DNA of 64,000 nt, taken from contig NC_069010.1 in NCBI RefSeq assembly GCF_001194135.2, positions 9,733,331 to 9,797,330 on the forward strand. Direction: 5' to 3'. This stretch comes from Octopus bimaculoides. Taxonomy: Eukaryota. Shown one piece after another: positions 24,234-38,540 of the stretch (position 1 is its first letter; every line of letters starts with the position of its first letter). Both the position numbers and the translations under genes were made by a program. A model generated the notes under the pieces. The model worked only from the letters and a program-made list of their open reading frames with translations, ran no database searches and was not told the DNA's origin.

Positions 24234-25008
24234 CGAAGGTTATAAAGGACACAGGTTTCGTGTGTCACATAGCTAGCTAGAGGCGATGGCTTCTTGGAGC
24301 TAATTCACGGCAGCTTTCGTCCTAATTTTGGGACTGCCATGTTAGCTTGGCGATAACTATTAATTTCCAGTACCGCTGCCGTAGTCTCCTTTAGAGAGAC
24401 TTAGAAATATTAATAACTCTATTATATATATATTTATATAGTTGTTAAAGAGGACAACAAATGTTAATTCAAGGCAAACATCTCAAGTCATATACAGTAT
24501 TATTATTGGAAAAAATTCTAAGTCTTACAACTGTGCTGTTTCTGGGATACCCCAGAGTATGGGATACTTTGTGTGTGTGTATATATATAAAACAAAAGGC
24601 GAAGGCAGGTGAAGAAACAAGAAGCAAGAGGAGTATTAGTTTAAAGCTTGGGAGGATTGGAAAAGCTTTTTTTTACGTTTTGAGCCCACAGCCCCTCGAC
24701 AGAAAGGATTGAGGAGGAAAGAAATGGAGAGGGAACAAAAAATGTGTAGGGATTAACATGATGAAATGGCCGGAAGAAAGGGGCTGAGTGAAAGGAAGTA
24801 AAAAGGATATACATACATATATACATATGTGTGTGTGTGTGTGTATGTATGTATGCATGTATCTATTTATTTATCTATCTATATGTATGTATATGTGTTT
24901 GTATGTGTGTGTATATATATATATATATATATGTATGCATGTATATATATATATATGCATGTATGTATATATATATATGTATGTATGCATATATATATGT
25001 ATGCATGT

Positions 25009-25044
<36 letters not shown>

Positions 25045-25053
25045 ATATATCTA

Positions 25054-25086
<33 letters not shown>

Positions 25087-25961
25087 ATGTATATGTATGT
25101 ATGCATATATATATGTATACATGTATGTATATATATATATATATATATTATNNNNNNNNNNNNNNNNNNNNNNNNNNNNNNNNNNNNNNNNNNNNNNNNN
25201 NNNNNNNNNNNNNNNNNNNNNNNNNNNNNNNNNNNNNNNNNNNNNNNNNNNNNNNNNNNNNNNNNNNNNNNNNNNNNNNNNNNNNNNNNNNNNNNNNNNN
25301 NNNNNNNNNNNNNNNNNNNNNNNNNNNNNNNNNNNNNNNNNNNNNNNNNNNNNNNNNNNNNNNNNNNNNNNNNNNNNNNNNNNNNNNNNNNNNNNNNNNN
25401 NNNNNNNNNNNNNNNNNNNNNNNNNNNNNNNNNNNNNNNNNNNNNNNNNNNNNNNNNNNNNNNNNNNNNNNNNNNNNNNNNNNNNNNNNNNNNNNNNNNN
25501 NNNNNNNNNNNNNNNNNNNNNNNNNNNNNNNNNNNNNNNNNNNNNNNNNNNNNNNNNNNNNNNNNNNNNNNNNNNNNNNNNNNNNNNNNNNNNNNNNNNN
25601 NNNNNNNNNNNNNNNNNNNNNNNNNNNNNNNNNNNNNNNNNNNNNNNNNNNNNNNNNNNNNNNNNNNNNNNNNNNNNNNNNNNNNNNNNNNNACTGAAAT
25701 GGAAGGCTCTCTTGTTGAATGCGGAATAAAAAGCTGGCCTTGGTGCCTGGTTGGTTCCTTGTCGGGTAAAACGGCTGAAGGCCGGCTGTTTCCTTCTGCT
25801 GTGACACTTCACACGGATCTTGGAGAAAAGAGAAAAAAACAGAAAAGACAAATAAACAAACGAAAACAAATGACAAATGTGAAAATGATGATAATAATAA
25901 TATTGATAAAATTAATAAGAAGAAGAGGAGGAAGAAGAGTACAAGTTTAATCTTCATAAAC

Positions 25962-26011
<50 letters not shown>

Positions 26012-26319
26012 GTAATGATGACGAGGGTGATAAAAGTAATGATGATGATGATGATGATGATGAGAAGAAGAAGATAACAGGTTAATCTTCATAAACTGAT
26101 GATAATAATAATAATTATTTCATTTATTGGCCACCAGGGCCGACGTGGAGGGGACAATACAGTAGAGATGGACAATGGGGATTTTACACAAAACAATGGG
26201 TTCACAATTAAAACAATAACGATAATATCAAACAAGAAGAATATAACAATGAAAGTACCCGCAAAAGGATGGGGTGGGGGGGTAACCACATGGGATTGGC
26301 TCAGCAGCCAATACTGAAC

Positions 26320-26850
26320 CACTCGATGCTTCAAGGGCATTCAGGAAGGGTACCCTTCTCCCTCTCGAATTCACAAGCCTGCAAGCGCATTATTAGAGCT
26401 GGCCCACTCGCACTTGCCCTTTTCGCTCCATTCGCCCACCTTTTAGCAAATGTTCTGGGGTGGGAGAAGCACTTCTCTCCCTCCACCCTTATCTTCCTTT
26501 CCAAACGAAATTTGAAAAAAGCTGATGAGTGATTTTCCAAAAACGTTCCTGTCTTCAGTCCTTTCAACCTGGTCCACCATACAATCTTTCGCGACTGCTA
26601 TCAGACAGAGGAAAATTGCCTGCCCTTCCGGACCAATGGAAGGTGGTGGATCGATCTTCATTATGGACTCGGCTGATAGCCGGATCCGTCCTACACCTGA
26701 CAACAGCTGTTCAATATAACTCCACAAGTCAGTAATGCAAGGACACTGGACGAGTGCGAACAGAATGGTTTCACCGCTCTGCATGCAGGTCCATTTGACA
26801 GCGCTTCCGTGCCTGTAGAGTTTATCTTCAATGGGCAGTACCCCTTGGTA
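26320..26850 (-). mobile_element. Tx1/L1-like non-LTR retrotransposon C-terminal fragment
   Basis: Degenerate C-terminal zinc-knuckle region (CMQSGETILFALVQCP..DLWSYIEQLL) followed by FFKFRLERKIRVE..FAKRW; frameshifted. Confidence 0.55.
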
Positions 26851-26857
26851 GCTACTG

Positions 26858-26895
<38 letters not shown>

Positions 26896-27789
26896 TAATT
26901 CGTTTTATTGGCCACAAGGGCTAATATCAATTAAAAACATCTAAGGACAAAGACAGGATGAAGGTTACAAACGGTTTTGTCCGAAAAGGTAAGAAAGTTC
27001 GTCTAAACAGAGGAAGAAAACGGAGAAAGATATAATAAATAAATAAATAAATAAATAGATAAATAAATAAGTAGAACTCCCAAAGGAGGAGACGCTTCGA
27101 AAAAGGAAAGGTTACACGTGGAAAAACCCATCCTGGAAACACAAGGCCTGAGATTTGTGGTCAATTACATTGACCCCAGTGTTTCACTGGTACTTAATTT
27201 ATTGACCTCGAAAGGATAAAATGCAAAGTCGACCTCAGCAGAATTTGAACTCAGAACATAGTGGCAAACGAAATACTGCTAACGGTGTGCTAACGATTCT
27301 GCCAGCACACCACTTTCATAATAATAATGGTAAATTCTTTCTACTGGAAGCACAAGGTTTCAAATTTGGGGGAAGGGATTAAGTCGATTACATTGACCCC
27401 AGAGCATAATTGGTACTCATTTAATTGACCCCGAAACGATGAAAGGTAAAGTCGACCTCGGCGGAACTTGAACTTAGAACAGAGCGGCAGATGAAATACT
27501 GCTAAGCATTTCGTCCAGCATGCTAACGATTCTGCCATCAAAAGATAGTGCTCATGGGAACTGCCCATATCCTACGTAAAATACTGTCTATGTGATCTCA
27601 AATTTTAAAGCAAACATAATTTTCTTATGGTTTCTTAAACATTCTCTAGAACAACACACTACGTACAAATCCAAATATATGGTACCCTAGGCATAACACC
27701 AACATGAACTTCTAACTTGTTGTCTCTTGAGGTCTCTGGGTGAGACTTGGATCCAACTTGTACAAATGCAAAGCAAAAGTCAAACATAA

Positions 27790-27834
<45 letters not shown>

Positions 27835-27901
27835 TACTGTAATAGTAATTGTAATATTAATCATGATAATGATGACAACAGTAATAATAGTAATGATAAT
27901 A

Positions 27902-27946
<45 letters not shown>

Positions 27947-29059
27947 CCCACCTCTCCCCAACATCATTATCAGTGCCTCCTCCTTGCCATGTGTTCAATT
28001 CGCAGGTGTAGTAATATCGTACAACAAAGAAACAATCAGTGGGAGATGGGGTGGGGGGTGCTATATATTATGGTTTATTTGTTTGTTTTTAATTATTATT
28101 ATCTTTCAGAACTTTCTGTTTTGTCATGATGTGTGTAGGAACGTTATGCTCTCACCTCTACTATGGAAGCAAAGCAGTGACATAATTGCAGCCTTTACCG
28201 TAACGGAACACATTGGGGAGTTAAGCTTTAAACCGAACTTCTGTTGTTGAATGTTTAATCTTACATATTACATCATGTGAAAACTATCACGCTGCTTTTT
28301 ACGTTGGACACCTATTATTTTAAGGAAATTCATTCCCCCCAAAATACCAGGTATTGAACCAGTGTTTCCTTAGAAGAAACCATTCCTTCATGAGGTTAAG
28401 ATATCTTCTAATTAAACTTATATAAATAGATACATACACACACACACATATATATATAGATATATACGATGGGCTTCTTTCAGTTTCCATCTACCAAATC
28501 CACTCACAAGGCTTTGGTCGGCCCAGAGCTATAGTAGAAGACACTTACCCAAGGTGCCATGCAGTGGGACTGAACCTGGAACCATGTGGTTGGTAAGCAA
28601 GCTACTTACCACACAGCCACTCCTGTATATATGTGTGTGTGTGTGTNNNNNNNNNNNNNNNNNNNNNNNNNNNNNNNNNNNNNNNNNNNNNNNNNNNNNN
28701 NNNNNNNNNNNNNNNNNNNNNNNNNNNNNNNNNNNNNNNNNNNNNNNNNNNNNNNNNNNNNNNNNNNNNNNNNNNNNNNNNNNNNNNNNNNNNNNNNNNN
28801 NNNNNNNNNNNNNNNNNNNNNNNNNNNNNNNNNNNNNNNNNNNNNNNNNNNNNNNNNNNNNNNNNNNNNNNNNNNNNNNNNNNNNNNNNNNNNNNNNNNN
28901 NNNNNNNNNNNNNNNNNNNNNNNNNNNNNNNNNNNNNNNNNNNNNNNNNNNNNNNNNNNNNNNNNNNNNNNNNNNNNNNNNNNNNNNNNNNNNNNNNNNN
29001 NNNNNNNNNNNNNNNNNNNNNNNNNNNNNNNNNNNNNNNNNNNNNNNNNNNNNNNNNNA

Positions 29060-29682
29060 ATCTCCTGCAATTCTTCTGGACGGTCTCCTTGTTTAAGTCT
29101 GTGAATGCAGCCATAACCCTTGCCTTCAGTTCATCTTTGATGTTGCAAGGAGTTTTGTTGGTCTCTTGCTCAACTGCGCCCCACACATAATAATGAAGCG
29201 GGTTGTAATTTGGGGAGTTAAGCTGCTAGATGTTAGGGGTGATGTGGTTGCAGAAATTGTCTGACGACCATCACTGGGTTCTCCCTTTTGATCCTGGGCA
29301 GCACTACTTCCTCCAGGCACTTGATGTAGGCCTCTGTGTTGAGTCTGAGGCCATGTGGGAAGATGAATGGAGGCATAACGTCGCCATCACTAGGGATCAC
29401 TCCAAACACCATGGATGTTTGATTTTTATCACTTTTTGTACATGTCCTCAGGCTGACACTCAAACACTCTGAAATGTTTCTATTGGAGCTTCTGGCACGA
29501 ATGCCAAGCAGCAGAGCATGTCGTTTCCAACTTTCTGGCAGAGTGAATCGCGTCTGGTGCTGTTTTTCTCACAGATGGTGCCCAACTGACCCTACTATAC
29601 TGTGTTGTCAACAAAATCAAAAACAAATAATGTGCAAGCGCAAAATTAAAACTATAAGATGACGACAATTTACTCATCGCAC

Positions 29683-29690
<8 letters not shown>
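29060..29690 (-). mobile_element. Internally deleted DD37D (maT-like) transposon, copy 2
   Basis: Colinear with 18151-18855 (MVFGVIPSDGDVMPPFIFPHGLRLNTEAYIKCLEEVVLP; WGAVEQETNKTPCNIKDELKARVMAAF); degraded. Confidence 0.8.
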
Positions 29691-29714
<24 letters not shown>

Positions 29715-30171
29715 NNNNNNNNNNNNNNNNNNNNNNNNNNNNNNNNNNNNNNNNNNNNNNNNNNNNNNNNNNNNNNNNNNNNNNNNNNNNNNNNNNNNNN
29801 NNNNNNNNNNNNNNNNNNNNNNNNNNNNNNNNNNNNNNNNNNNNNNNNNNNNNNNNNNNNNNNNNNNNNNNNNNNNNNNNNNNNNNNNNNNNNNNNNNNN
29901 NNNNNNNNNNNNNNNNNNNNNNNNNNNNNNNNNNNNNNNNNNNNNNNNNNNNNNNNNNNNNNNNNNNNNNNNNNNNNNNNNNNNNNNNNNNNNNNNNNNN
30001 NNNNNNNNNNNNNNNNNNNNNNNNNNNNNNNNNNNNNNNNNNNNNNNNNNNNNNNNNNNNNNNNNNNNNATATATATATATATATACATGTATCTGTTAG
30101 TGCAAATATGTGTGAAAGAGAAAGAAATCAATATAATACATTATACATCTGTAAACAGCAATCTGAGATAA

Positions 30172-30204
<33 letters not shown>

Positions 30205-30435
30205 CATATACAAATATATACATATGTATATAAATATATATATATATATGTGCATACATACACACACAAACACACAGATGCAGTCACTGTCACACACAGA
30301 AATACCATATAGGTAATTACATGCAAAGCTCTCATAGACTATATGTGTGTATGGGGGGGGGGGGTTCCATACACAAACACACACATAAATATACATACAT
30401 TATTGTACTTATATGTAGCTATATATATATATATG

Positions 30436-30470
30436 TATAAAGTCGTAAACGATGAAAACGTTTGACCAGT
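30436..30470 (+). promoter_or_regulatory. TATA box and initiator-like motif of the serine-protease-homolog gene
   Basis: TATAAAG at 30436-30442 and CCAGT at 30466-30470; ATG at 30479. Confidence 0.5.
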
Positions 30471-30478
30471 GAATCAAA

Positions 30479-30589
30479 ATGACGCTGTACATCTCTTTGG
30501 TCCTGATTTTGTGTGTCTGTGGGTCACAAGCAGGTGATTCTCAGCCTTTGCTTCCATGTAAGTAATCTACTCCTCTGTCTGTCTGTTAG

Positions 30590-30626
<37 letters not shown>

Positions 30627-32477
30627 ATACAATATATGATAATATGCATATATATGTACATGTATGTACATACCTTCATCTACATGTACATATAGATACA
30701 TAACTGGGTACATGACGTTGAAAAAAAACATAGATAAAATGTTAAACAAAGTACAAAAAACAAGCAGGCTACATAGAGAACATTTCTTTCATCAGCTGCC
30801 ACCATTAAAACACTGGCATTTCGAAGAGTTAGGGCAGGACGCATCGTTAAAGTGGCTCTTCCTATAAGCACAAATTAAAATTTTTTTCGTGGAGGATAGT
30901 GGCGGATGGAAAACAAAACAGGAAAACGAAACGGTGAAATAAGCAAACAAGAAGGCTGTACAGCCAGACATGGAGAAGTGTGTGTATATTGAACGCTGTG
31001 AAGCACAAACAAGAAAGGCGAAGAATTGTGTCCGGAGTTTAGGTGGTCAGAGACCGAAAAGAAATATATATATATATATATATAAGTTCAAAAAAACAAT
31101 AACAAAAAAACAACAAAGTGAGGACGTGATACGGATAGTGTTATGTGCGTATGTATGTATGTATGTATGTGTGTATGTATGTGTATTCCTATACATATGA
31201 TTTATAGGCAATTTTGACCTGAGAAAAGTTTGAACTCTGAACATAAAAATGAACAAAATACCGCAGAGTAGTTTGCCCGGCTTGCTAACCATTCTGCCAT
31301 CTCGCTGCCCAAAAAATTATCATCTGTAACGAGGCATAATAGCTGGAGGTGTTTAGAGCGTCTGTCTTACAATAATGAGGTAGTGAGTTCGATTTCCGGA
31401 TCGGTCTGTGTGTTGTATTCTGAGCAAGACACTTTATTCCACATTGTTCCAGTTCACTCAGCTGTAGAAAGGAGTTGTCACGTCTCTGATGCCAAACTGT
31501 ATCGGCCCCTTTGCCTTTCCCTTGGATAACATCAGTGGTGTGGAGAAGCGAGGCTGGTATGCATGGGCGACTGCTGGTCTTCCATAAAAACAACCTTCGG
31601 TTGTCACCAGTGAGGTGACATTCCGCCCGGACTTATACCCCAGGAGGGAACCTCTTAGGTGCACCCATGGCCATCGATAGACGCAAGTCAACCATAGAGT
31701 CAACCCTGAAGATATTGTTGATACTCACATTCAGCTGAGTAAATTGAAACGGTATGAAATTGGGTGCCTTGCTCAAGGATAGTTTGCACTAAAACTCAAA
31801 CCCATGATCACAAATCTATACCAAAACCACTGTGCCAAGCATTTTACCTCATTGTTTGAAATATTTTTTTCTGATACAAAGAATGCAATATTTTCCCCAT
31901 TAACACAGTATGGAATATTTTTCTGGCGTATGTACTTGATATTAATATTTTTCTGACATACATTGTATGTAATAATTTTCTGACTTGCATCACACACAAT
32001 ATTTTTGGCACATTTCTTTCGACAGGTTTCTCTGGCACTGATATTCAGCCTTTTTCGTCTTACTGTCCAGATGGCTACAAGTTCATAATGAAATGTTCAT
32101 TTGCTAAAATATATACAGTGAATCTGTGTTATAAGCTACCACCAACGACAACATCGAAGCCTTTACCAACGACAACATCGAAGCCTTTACCATCAACTCA
32201 GTCAAGCACACTCCTGTCCACTCTAAGCACTCTTCAATCTACTCTACCAACCACCACGCCAACAACAGAACCTACTACCACCCAACCTACTACCACCCAA
32301 CCTACTACCACCCAACCTACTACCACCCAACCTACAACCACAGTCCCAACAACAACTCCTCAGCCAAGAGGTAAATATCCCAAACTTTGTGTTTGATAAT
32401 TTTATTCTAATGAACAAACATCTAATGTAAACGTTTTTCTTTGTCTCTTCACGTCTCTTTCTCACTTCCACGAACGA

Positions 32478-32527
<50 letters not shown>

Positions 32528-33405
32528 ACAGCTGTATTTATGTTTTTAACGTTGTTAACACCACCAGATTGAATGGCACAGCCCAGTGTCGAAACCACAA
32601 TGATATCCGTTTGGCATCTGATGATGGGAATACATACTTGTTCCATTTGTTTATGAATTTCTAACGTCTTAGTCTCGTTGTTCTGAGTTGTCCTTCATTC
32701 TAGTGAAGTGGGAAGTGTTTGTGGATTCATAGTTTACAGGGATCGCTTTCTTTGGCTCCGACCATATCGGCATGCCTTAGCTTTCCGAACGCACAGTTTA
32801 CTGCTTCTGCCGCATTCCATTTCCTCCCTGTTCGTACCTTTGGAGGGTTTTCTCGGATGCTCTGATCTTTTGAATACCTTAGCATCATTACTGTCCTTGC
32901 TTTTCCTGCCTTATGTTCTTCAGAGATTGATGTTATCTGTAGTCTTCTATAAAGCGCAGTCGTATTCAGTGGTTTCGGCAGACCAAACCATTCTCCGATA
33001 AACCCACTGCATCTTTGTTCCATCCTTTCTACTCTACTCGAGGCTGTTTCGTACATTTGCAATGGCCACATTACCCTTGCGTTCAGTCCAAATTGCAATA
33101 TCCAGCATTTTGAATTTCACCGTGGGACAACTCATTTAAACAAAAGGGTTAGGAAATACTGTTGGGAACCCCTGCATCAGTGGGAATTGAAAGGGACAAA
33201 CACACACACGCACTCATACAAACACACACACATAGACATATCCACAAACGCACATATTTATGCATTTGATATGGATGAAATAAACAAATCATTAATTCAT
33301 GACTTTATGTGGAGTTTGGGTGTGGCTTGGAATGGATTCCTCCTACCCCACCCCCTATTCATATGTATTTCAATTACTCACATGTAATGAACAATTGAGT
33401 TAATA

Positions 33406-33499
<94 letters not shown>

Positions 33500-35594
33500 T
33501 ATGTATGTTTGTGCGTCTGTATTTGTCTGTGTTCGTCACCCCAACATCACTTGACAACCGATGCTGGTGTGAAGAGGCGCAATGGCCCAGTGGTTAGGGC
33601 AGCGGACTCGCAGTCGGAGGATCGTGGTCTCGATTCCCAGACCGGGCGTTGTTTGTGTTTCTTGAGTGAAAATACCTAAAGCTCCACGAGGCTCCGGCAG
33701 GGGATGGTGGCAACCCCTGTTGTACTCTCTCGCCCCATCTTTCTCTCACTCTTTCTTCCTGTTTCTTGAGTTACGCTGCGATGGACTGGCATCTCGTCCA
33801 GCTGGGGGGGAACACATACGCCATGGAAACAGGGCGCATAAAAAAAATATATATATATATATATGATGATATCCTTCTTTATAATATCAGTGGCTTAGCA
33901 TAAAGATAAAATTATCAAATAATAAATAAGGGTCATACCAGTACATTAAAATAGCAATCAGTGTGACTCAAACCACAAATTTTCACCGTGATTTCGAACT
34001 TTGAGAAACTATCCCTTAGGTCATCCTCAATGAGTCTTACCGACCCAGGGTTAAAGTGCTTGTTCATCTTGTGGTTTGGGTCATTTTGACTACTATTTTA
34101 GCATGCTGGTAGTGCCTGTAGTATCCTTAATTATTAATGTGTATATATGTTTCACTTTTTAAATTTGTAGGTTGTGGCCGGTATCCAGTGCAAGCTTTTA
34201 TGATGGGAGCCAGTAGTGCCACCCAGTGCCAACCATGGCTTGGTATTGCTGCCTTTCAGAATTATTATATGAACAATGCCATCCTAATAGGGGAGGACAC
34301 AGTATTGTCAATACAACCATTTTTTAGGTAAGTACAATGTTTTTCCTTGAATATTAAACTGAAAGTATTGAACTCACATACACACTCTCAATATTGAATT
34401 ACAGAGGCCATGGAAAGTGAGGGTAAAATGTATCCCACTAGATACCCTAAAATGTATCCCACTATAGATGTATTGGGAACTATTCCTAAAGATCTGAACA
34501 GATGGATAGAGGAAATAGGCATAAAAGCCAGTTTAGTACAGCTCCAGAAAGCAATATTGTAAGGGACAGCTAGGATACTGAGGAGGGTTCTTCACATCTA
34601 AGCTTATTTGTTGTAGCCCGATGTTAGGATTGTTTTCTTTTCGAACAGTCTAATCTGTTGTGTGTTTATGAAAATAATAATAATAATGTTCCGTTTACAC
34701 ACACACACATGAACAAATAAATAAATAAAAACAAAAACAAACGAACATGTATTAACAGAGGATATAGATAATACTGGCACTCCCCATACACACACATGCA
34801 CTTACAAAAACATAGTCACACATTGAGGGATGCGCATGCAATAGCAATACAAAATACAAAATGGCTGATAGTTAGCAAGGTGGGACACACATAAGAAAGA
34901 AGAAAGCAAAGGGACCACTGATGAGGTCACAGAAGTGTGACGAAAGAACTCTGGTCGAAATAGGATTAATGTAATGTAATGTAATATAAAGCTGAAGCAA
35001 ATTAACACCAAATATACAGTGCGTGTGTTTTTATTGGCTAAACTGGCAACATGACCATCCCCAAGTACAAAAACATAATAATAATGATAATATAGATTCT
35101 GTTATCAATAGGACTGATACTGAATATATAGGAGACACGAACTTATTGATCTATGCAGGAGCTGTAGTAGTTATGAGAAGATAAGATAATAAAGGGAGTT
35201 AACGTTCTGTCTTGTTTCAGAAAAGGAATTACCCTAGATTATCACTTTGGAGAGAAATACAACACAAAAATAACAGGAGCTGGATTGGAAGTAGATCAAG
35301 AACACAAAGAAGTTGTCAATGGTAAGTCTGATCATATTGGTCTTGTTGTCGTCATTACTTTTGGTTCTAGTTGTTCTCATTATTATTGTTGTTGTTGCTT
35401 TTCCTGTCGCTGTGTATCCCCAGTGTTTTTACGTCTCCAGTCTTATCAGAGAACCCACTTTAAGCGCTTTTATAAGATCCAGCTGCACCCAGAAGGTAAC
35501 AAAGATACCCGTTTACTAATATTGTTAGCCCCATCCCAACCACCACCTACATACCTACATATACATATCTGTATATATATATATATATATTCAT

Positions 35595-35625
<31 letters not shown>

Positions 35626-38153
35626 ACATATCTATCCTGACGAAGAAGCCGTACCTCAAAAGCCTCATAGAGAAAACAGAAGATTTTATCCGCAGTATGA
35701 GATGGCAGGAAAGAACAACACAATAACACGAATAAGTATGGACTTAAATTTACGAAAAACCCACCACCAATCTCGGAATGAGAACCTTTCGACAGGGAGC
35801 TGTTCGAACTTGTCAGGAAGATTAAATTTCATGAAATCAGTAACGAATTCCGGAAAACAATGAACGACAAAATAAAGAATATTAGGCATATATATATATA
35901 TATATATACACACACGATGGGCTTCTTTTGGTGTCTGTCTACCAAATTCTCTCACACAGCTAAGGTGCCATGCAGTAGGACTGAACCTGGAACCATGTGG
36001 TTAAGAAGCAAGCTTCTTACCACATAGCAACGCTTGCGTCTATAAAAAAAAATTATTTTTTAATATCTTTTCAGGTACAAACTTTATATTAACAAAGTTG
36101 AAGGAGAATGTTACCGTATCTGGATGTGTCAACCCTATTTGTATTCCTGAGAAAAGAAGTGATTATTCAATGGAAAATTGTTTCGCTGCTACATATGTCA
36201 AAGGTGAGTCCTTAGCCACTCATAGCACCATCTATCTATATTTTTATTGCACTACCTATGCAATTAGGGAAGTGTGGTGTTATGGGCTGTGATGAGCTGT
36301 GTGTTGTTGATGGAGAGAGATGAGGCAAACAGAGGTGAAGCCAGACCGGAAGGGCCAGACCGGAAGGGTCAGACCGGAAGGGTCAGACCGGAAGTCGGCT
36401 ACACGCTGTCGAAGGCCAGCACTTGGGGTCAGTCAGAAAACAGACATCTTACGAGAAAGACGTGTTTTGATCAAGAGGACAAGGTAAGGTCCAGCGTTTC
36501 GTTCTGTCCTTTTGCTTCTTNNNNNNNNNNGGTCAGACCGGAAGGGTCAGACCGGAAGTCGGCTACACGCTGTCGAAGGCCAGCACTTGGGGTCAGTCAG
36601 AAAACAGACATCTTACGAGAAAGACGTGTTTTGATCAAGAGGACAAGGTAAGGTCCAGCGTTTCGTTCTGTCCTTTTGCTTCTTGTCTTTTTCCTCCATC
36701 ACACCACAGGAAGTATACCAGCATATACAGGGGGGGGGGTGCTTAAAAGTTCTTTGGTGCAAGAGTATCGCAAAAGGCCTGGCTGGAGACCCAACATTTA
36801 TTTACAGACCTTAAAAAAAACTAAAGGATAAATGTGTCTACATTCTGATTTGAGCTTGTGGATAGAGTTACCAAGTATGGTAGTCGTTTTATATTTAGGA
36901 TTATTAAAAGAGTTGATGTGAGTTCGATATCTACGCTTGAAATCGGTGATACTACCGATGTATATTTTAGGTTGTGCATCTTGTGTGGATACCTGACATT
37001 TATAAGTAACGTTATATCGCGCACAATATCCCGTAAGGAGACTGGAATCTTTTACGCGACAATTTTTCTGTCCAGAATGGGGTTATTTTTTCAAGTTAAT
37101 ATTTACATGTTATTATTTACAGCTTGTGCTTCGAGATCCAAACTTCCAAACAATAAATTATTTCACGTTCTCTCGAAAGCTTATACATTCCTATGACATT
37201 AATTCTACTTGTTAATTTCTTATGTATTTTTCATCAGTTTATTTATTTATTTTCCCTAATTTCAGATAGTAATAAAATTATGCATGTTGAGATTGGGGAA
37301 ACGAGGTTGATAAACGGTTCGTGTACGTCCTCAGTCCAACCACCATATACACTTTGTGCGTACAATTTTGTCCAGATATGTAATAAGCATGTAAGTTAGT
37401 GTTCTTTTACATTTTAAGTATTTCTTGGCTGTGTGGTAAGAAGTTTGTTTCTCAACCATGTGGTTCTGGGTTCAGTCCTGTGCATCGCATCTAGGGCAAG
37501 TGTCTTCTACTAAAGACACAGGCTGACCGAAACTGTGCGAGTAAATTTGGTAGAGGGAAACTGAAAGAAGTCCATATATATATATATATATATATGTATA
37601 CAAGAATAAGGGCAGGGAATCGTCAATTAATAATAGAATTAACAATTAACAATTTTGCCAAGTAGTTCAGTATGAAAAAACCTTTATCGGTAAAACCATT
37701 TATCATCATAAATATACAGGGATTAGCATTGAGTTGCTTCTCCAACATACTGAAAATTTAGAAATAGCAGTCAAAGAACTACTGATTCTAAACTACAAAT
37801 TTTTCTCTAAATGGATGGCGATATTTATGGCACTAGAGAAAAATTTGTAGTTTAGANNNNNNNNNNNNNNNNNNNNNNNNNNNNNNNNNNNNNNNNNNNN
37901 NNNNNNNNNNNNNNNNNNNNNNNNNNNNNNNNNNNNNNNNNNNNNNNNNNNNNNNNNNNNNNNNNNNNNNNNNNNNNNNNNNNNNNNNNNNNNNNNNNNN
38001 NNNNNNNNNNNNNNNNNNNNNNNNNNNNNNNNNNNNNNNNNNNNNNNNNNNNNNNNNNNNNNNNNNNNNNNNNNNNNNNNNNNNNNNNNNNNNNNNNNNN
38101 NNNNNNNNNNNNNNNNNNNNNNNNNNNNNNNNNNNNNNNNNNNNNNNNNNNNN

Positions 38154-38195
<42 letters not shown>

Positions 38196-38540
38196 GATAG
38201 ATAGATAGATAGATAGATAGATGTGTGTACATGTGGAAGTGAAGTGCAGTAGTAAGGACAATATTATTTACATTTATGCATTGCATGGGTTTCTTTTATT
38301 ACCAAACAACCAATCGAACAAACAAACAACAAATGAACTATTATGAAATATTTCTTTCAGAAAGAGAACAGTGGTGCGTTGATATGCCAGAGTAAAAAAG
38401 ACAAGAGCTGGATGTTGGCAGGAATGACACGAGAAACTTCCGATGTTTCAGGATGCATTCCAAATGCCTGGAATGAGCCTGTCTATTATTGGGACACGGT
38501 GGAGATTATGAAAGAGATGAATATATCAAGTAATGCTTAA
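30479..38540 (+). CDS. Secreted trypsin-fold (peptidase S1) serine protease homolog, catalytically inactive, with a Cys-containing N-terminus and Thr/Pro mucin-like stalk; 387 aa
   Basis: join(30479..30533,32026..32370,34171..34327,35221..35321,35424..35495,36075..36203,37266..37390,38361..38540) = 1164 nt, all GT-AG and one continuous frame. Signal MTLYISLVLILCVCGSQA; PTTTQ repeats. S1 landmarks: CGRYP..QPW, AILIGEDTVLS, KIQLHPE, ILTKLKENV..VNPICIP, TLCAY..IC, SGALIC..WMLAGM..C..PVYY. AAHC is replaced by SIQPF and DIAL by NFIL. Confidence 0.8.
32700..33110 (-). mobile_element. R2-group (HERO-like) non-LTR retrotransposon fragment in intron 2 of the protease homolog
   Basis: ORF 32727..33098: RVMWPLQMYE..VERMEQRCSGFIGEWFGLPKPLNTTALY..SISEEHKAGKARTVMMLRYSKD..VRTGRKWNAAEAV..KLRHADMVG, as recalled for the post-RT region of HERO-type elements. 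Confidence 0.65.

Noticed and set aside
27970-28250. ORF ending NFCC* with a C-X3-C motif (+)
   Set aside because: Cys spacing is incompatible with the family, the phase-1 reading hits a stop, and no linked signal-peptide exon was found.
35095-35190. RTDTEYIGDTNLLIYAG as an extra exon of the protease homolog
   Set aside because: It has no good donor and runs into a stop; the model already closes in frame without it.
36345-36684. Near-identical ~145-bp direct duplication with ggtcagaccggaag repeats, and the 125-aa ORF over it
   Set aside because: The two copies flank a 10-N gap, typical of an unmerged contig overlap; the ORF has no recognisable homology.
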